A stretch of 31,535 nt of DNA, from IMG/VR virus record IMGVR_UViG_3300009152_000019; one strand, written 5' to 3'. The stretch is from a virus. This document shows, piece after piece, positions 30,366 through 31,535 of the stretch. The position numbers were made by a program, and so were the translations under genes. How positions within the stretch are numbered: position 1 is the stretch's first letter; each line of letters starts with the position of its first letter. The notes under the pieces are model-generated. The model saw only the letters and a list, made by a program, of their open reading frames with translations. It did not search any database and was not told where the DNA came from.

Positions 30366-31096
30366 ATCTCTAATTCTTTTTTCATTCCTAACATATTAAA
30401 CGCGAATACTAGATTCAACTCTAGTACGTCTTTTATTTTAGTCACATCTTCATTCGCTAAATTATACAACGTATGCTCCCACGACCATCTATTAATCTTA
30501 TCTTCTTGTTCTTGTTCTTTGACATCTTCTTCATCTAGTTCTTCAGCTAGTTCATCTTCGTCAAAGATTGGGTTAAATAGATTTTCATATACTTTTAAGA
30601 AGTTCTCACGATACTTCATATACTCGGAGCAAATTCCGTAGACTGATGTAATAGGTAACTCGTTAAACTGTTCTTTGCGTTTCTCAATATTGAATGAATA
30701 ATCTTCATAAATCAATTCTTCCCATTCGCTTAGTTTAGTTTTACGATACAAAACAGAACAGATATAAGTTAGATGTTTGACATAATCATTAGCGAAGTAG
30801 TATTCCAAATCTATGAACTCGCCTAACTTCAAATTATCTAATCCAATATAAACAAAATTGTTTACTTTATTCTTGTAGATGTTTGTCGGTTGCTTTTTTA
30901 TAAATGTAACTTGCTTAACTATCTTTGCTAGTTCGTCAATATCCATATCGTCAAAATCATCTACGTCAATATCTGTTAAAATAGATAAACATTCTATTTC
31001 ATAACTAAACAAAGAATCAAAGTCGCTACCATTTAGCGACCTTAATTCAATAAACTGTTCTACAGTTATATCATTCCACGATTTCGGCAGCTTCAA
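30362..31096 (-). CDS. Acidic protein, paralogue of the upstream minus-strand gene. There is no in-frame ATG near the 5' end, so it starts at a TTG or is reached by recoding. It may be chaperone-like.
   Basis: It is 244 aa. The N-terminal ITVEQFIELRSL and DIDVDDFDDMDIDELAKIVKQ parallel LTIEQFEKLSTT and DEDEVYDLDFDKFTEIVKK of the upstream gene. It overlaps that gene by 26 nt. Confidence 0.6.
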   Translation of the reverse strand: MKLPKSWNDITVEQFIELRSLNGSDFDSLFSYEIECLSILTDIDVDDFDDMDIDELAKIVKQVTFIKKQPTNIYKNKVNNFVYIGLDNLKLGEFIDLEYYFANDYVKHLTYICSVLYRKTKLSEWEELIYEDYSFNIEKRKEQFNELPITSVYGICSEYMKYRENFLKVYENLFNPIFDEDELAEELDEEDVKEQEQEDKINRWSWEHTLYNLANEDVTKIKDVLELNLVFAFNMLGMKKELEI

Positions 31097-31535
31097 CTTG
31101 CATATCTTTAGCAGTATTACCTAACTTTGCACCAATATAAGCCATAAAAGGAATAGCAATATTTGCTTTTTGTTCTTTAAACATCTTTGATTTTAACGCA
31201 AGATGTGAATCACCGTAGTGTTCAGCTTTAGTTAAGTCAGTTCTCTTAAAGATTATAGCCATTACTTTAGAAATATAGTTATCAGGACTTGTAGATACTG
31301 CTTTTTCAATCATTTTTAGATCACGCACATTTAGTTTAAATTCATCTTCGTAAGATTGGTAAGTGTAACCATCAACTTCGATTGATTTTAAAAACTTTGC
31401 ATCAGGCTTTTTCTTGGTATCAGAAAATTTCTTTACAATTTCTGTAAACTTATCGAAGTCTAAATCATACACTTCATCTTCATCTGCTCCTAAGTCAACA
31501 AATATTTTTGCCCACTTTTCAAACTGGTCAAGTTC
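31071..31535 (-). CDS. 3' part of the junction-spanning acidic protein. The ORF is open to the window edge, and the true ATG is at position 216 of the circular map.
   Basis: The listed ORF 31071..31472 begins at an internal Met. The frame stays open through 31535 and continues through the duplicated 123 bp to the ATG at 216. Confidence 0.7.
   Translation of the reverse strand, partial: ELDQFEKWAKIFVDLGADEDEVYDLDFDKFTEIVKKFSDTKKKPDAKFLKSIEVDGYTYQSYEDEFKLNVRDLKMIEKAVSTSPDNYISKVMAIIFKRTDLTKAEHYGDSHLALKSKMFKEQKANIAIPFMAYIGAKLGNTAKDMQVEAAEIVE
31413..31535. repeat. Terminal direct repeat, copy 2 (identical to 1..123).
   Basis: Direct string comparison. Confidence 0.95.

Noticed and set aside
1-31535. 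Search by eye for CRISPR arrays, tRNA/rRNA genes, an integrase/excisionase, a CI/Cro-type repressor, a reverse transcriptase (DGR/retron), and toxin-antitoxin pairs.
   Set aside because: I recognised none. There are no regularly spaced 25-40-bp repeats and no tyrosine or serine recombinase motifs. There is no YxDD reverse-transcriptase motif; the fibre motif duplication is not a DGR template/variable-region pair. Absence by eye is not proof, so an HMM scan is needed.

Overview
The window reads as a complete, circularly closed genome of a tailed dsDNA phage. Bases 1..123 are identical to 31413..31535, so the unique length is about 31,412 bp. It is AT-rich, about one third G+C by eye. It carries Bacteroidota-style promoter boxes (TAnnTTTG, here TATATTTG), which suggests a Flavobacteriia-type host.

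Nearly all genes are on the + strand and are tightly packed or translationally coupled:
- Head module (278..4968): XkdF-like protease/scaffold fusion, major capsid protein, putative tail tube protein, portal, connector.
- Lysis cassette (4979..6383): small membrane proteins, a unimolecular-spanin-like lipoprotein, and a GH108 endolysin.
- Metallophosphoesterase (6456..7490).
- A 388-bp regulatory gap (7491..7877).
- Early/replication module (7878..18505): beta-class DNA methyltransferase, ERF, exonuclease, a small SSB-like protein, a thymidylate-synthase-family enzyme, a PD-(D/E)XK-like protein, an initiator-like protein with internal iterons, a DnaB-like helicase, NinG, a small lipoprotein, and an ECF-like sigma factor.
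- Packaging genes terS and terL (18567..20115).
- Tail module (20147..30365).

Only two genes are on the minus strand. They are paralogous acidic genes that cross the circular junction.

I recognised no integrase, repressor, tRNA, rRNA or CRISPR array.

Most interesting observations:
- An ice-binding-protein-like (DUF3494-type) beta-helix domain at the C-terminus of the 1126-aa tail protein.
- A short thymidylate-synthase homologue with the Asn-to-Asp specificity switch typical of dCMP-modifying enzymes, sitting behind a structured leader.
- A methyltransferase cassette bounded by exact 24-bp direct repeats that include the start codon.
- A bipartite AAC-N15/16-CCATTATA motif placed exactly 12 nt before four late-gene ATGs, in a genome that also encodes a sigma factor.
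- Helically phased iterons inside the initiator-like gene.

All homology calls were made by eye from motifs, with no database search.
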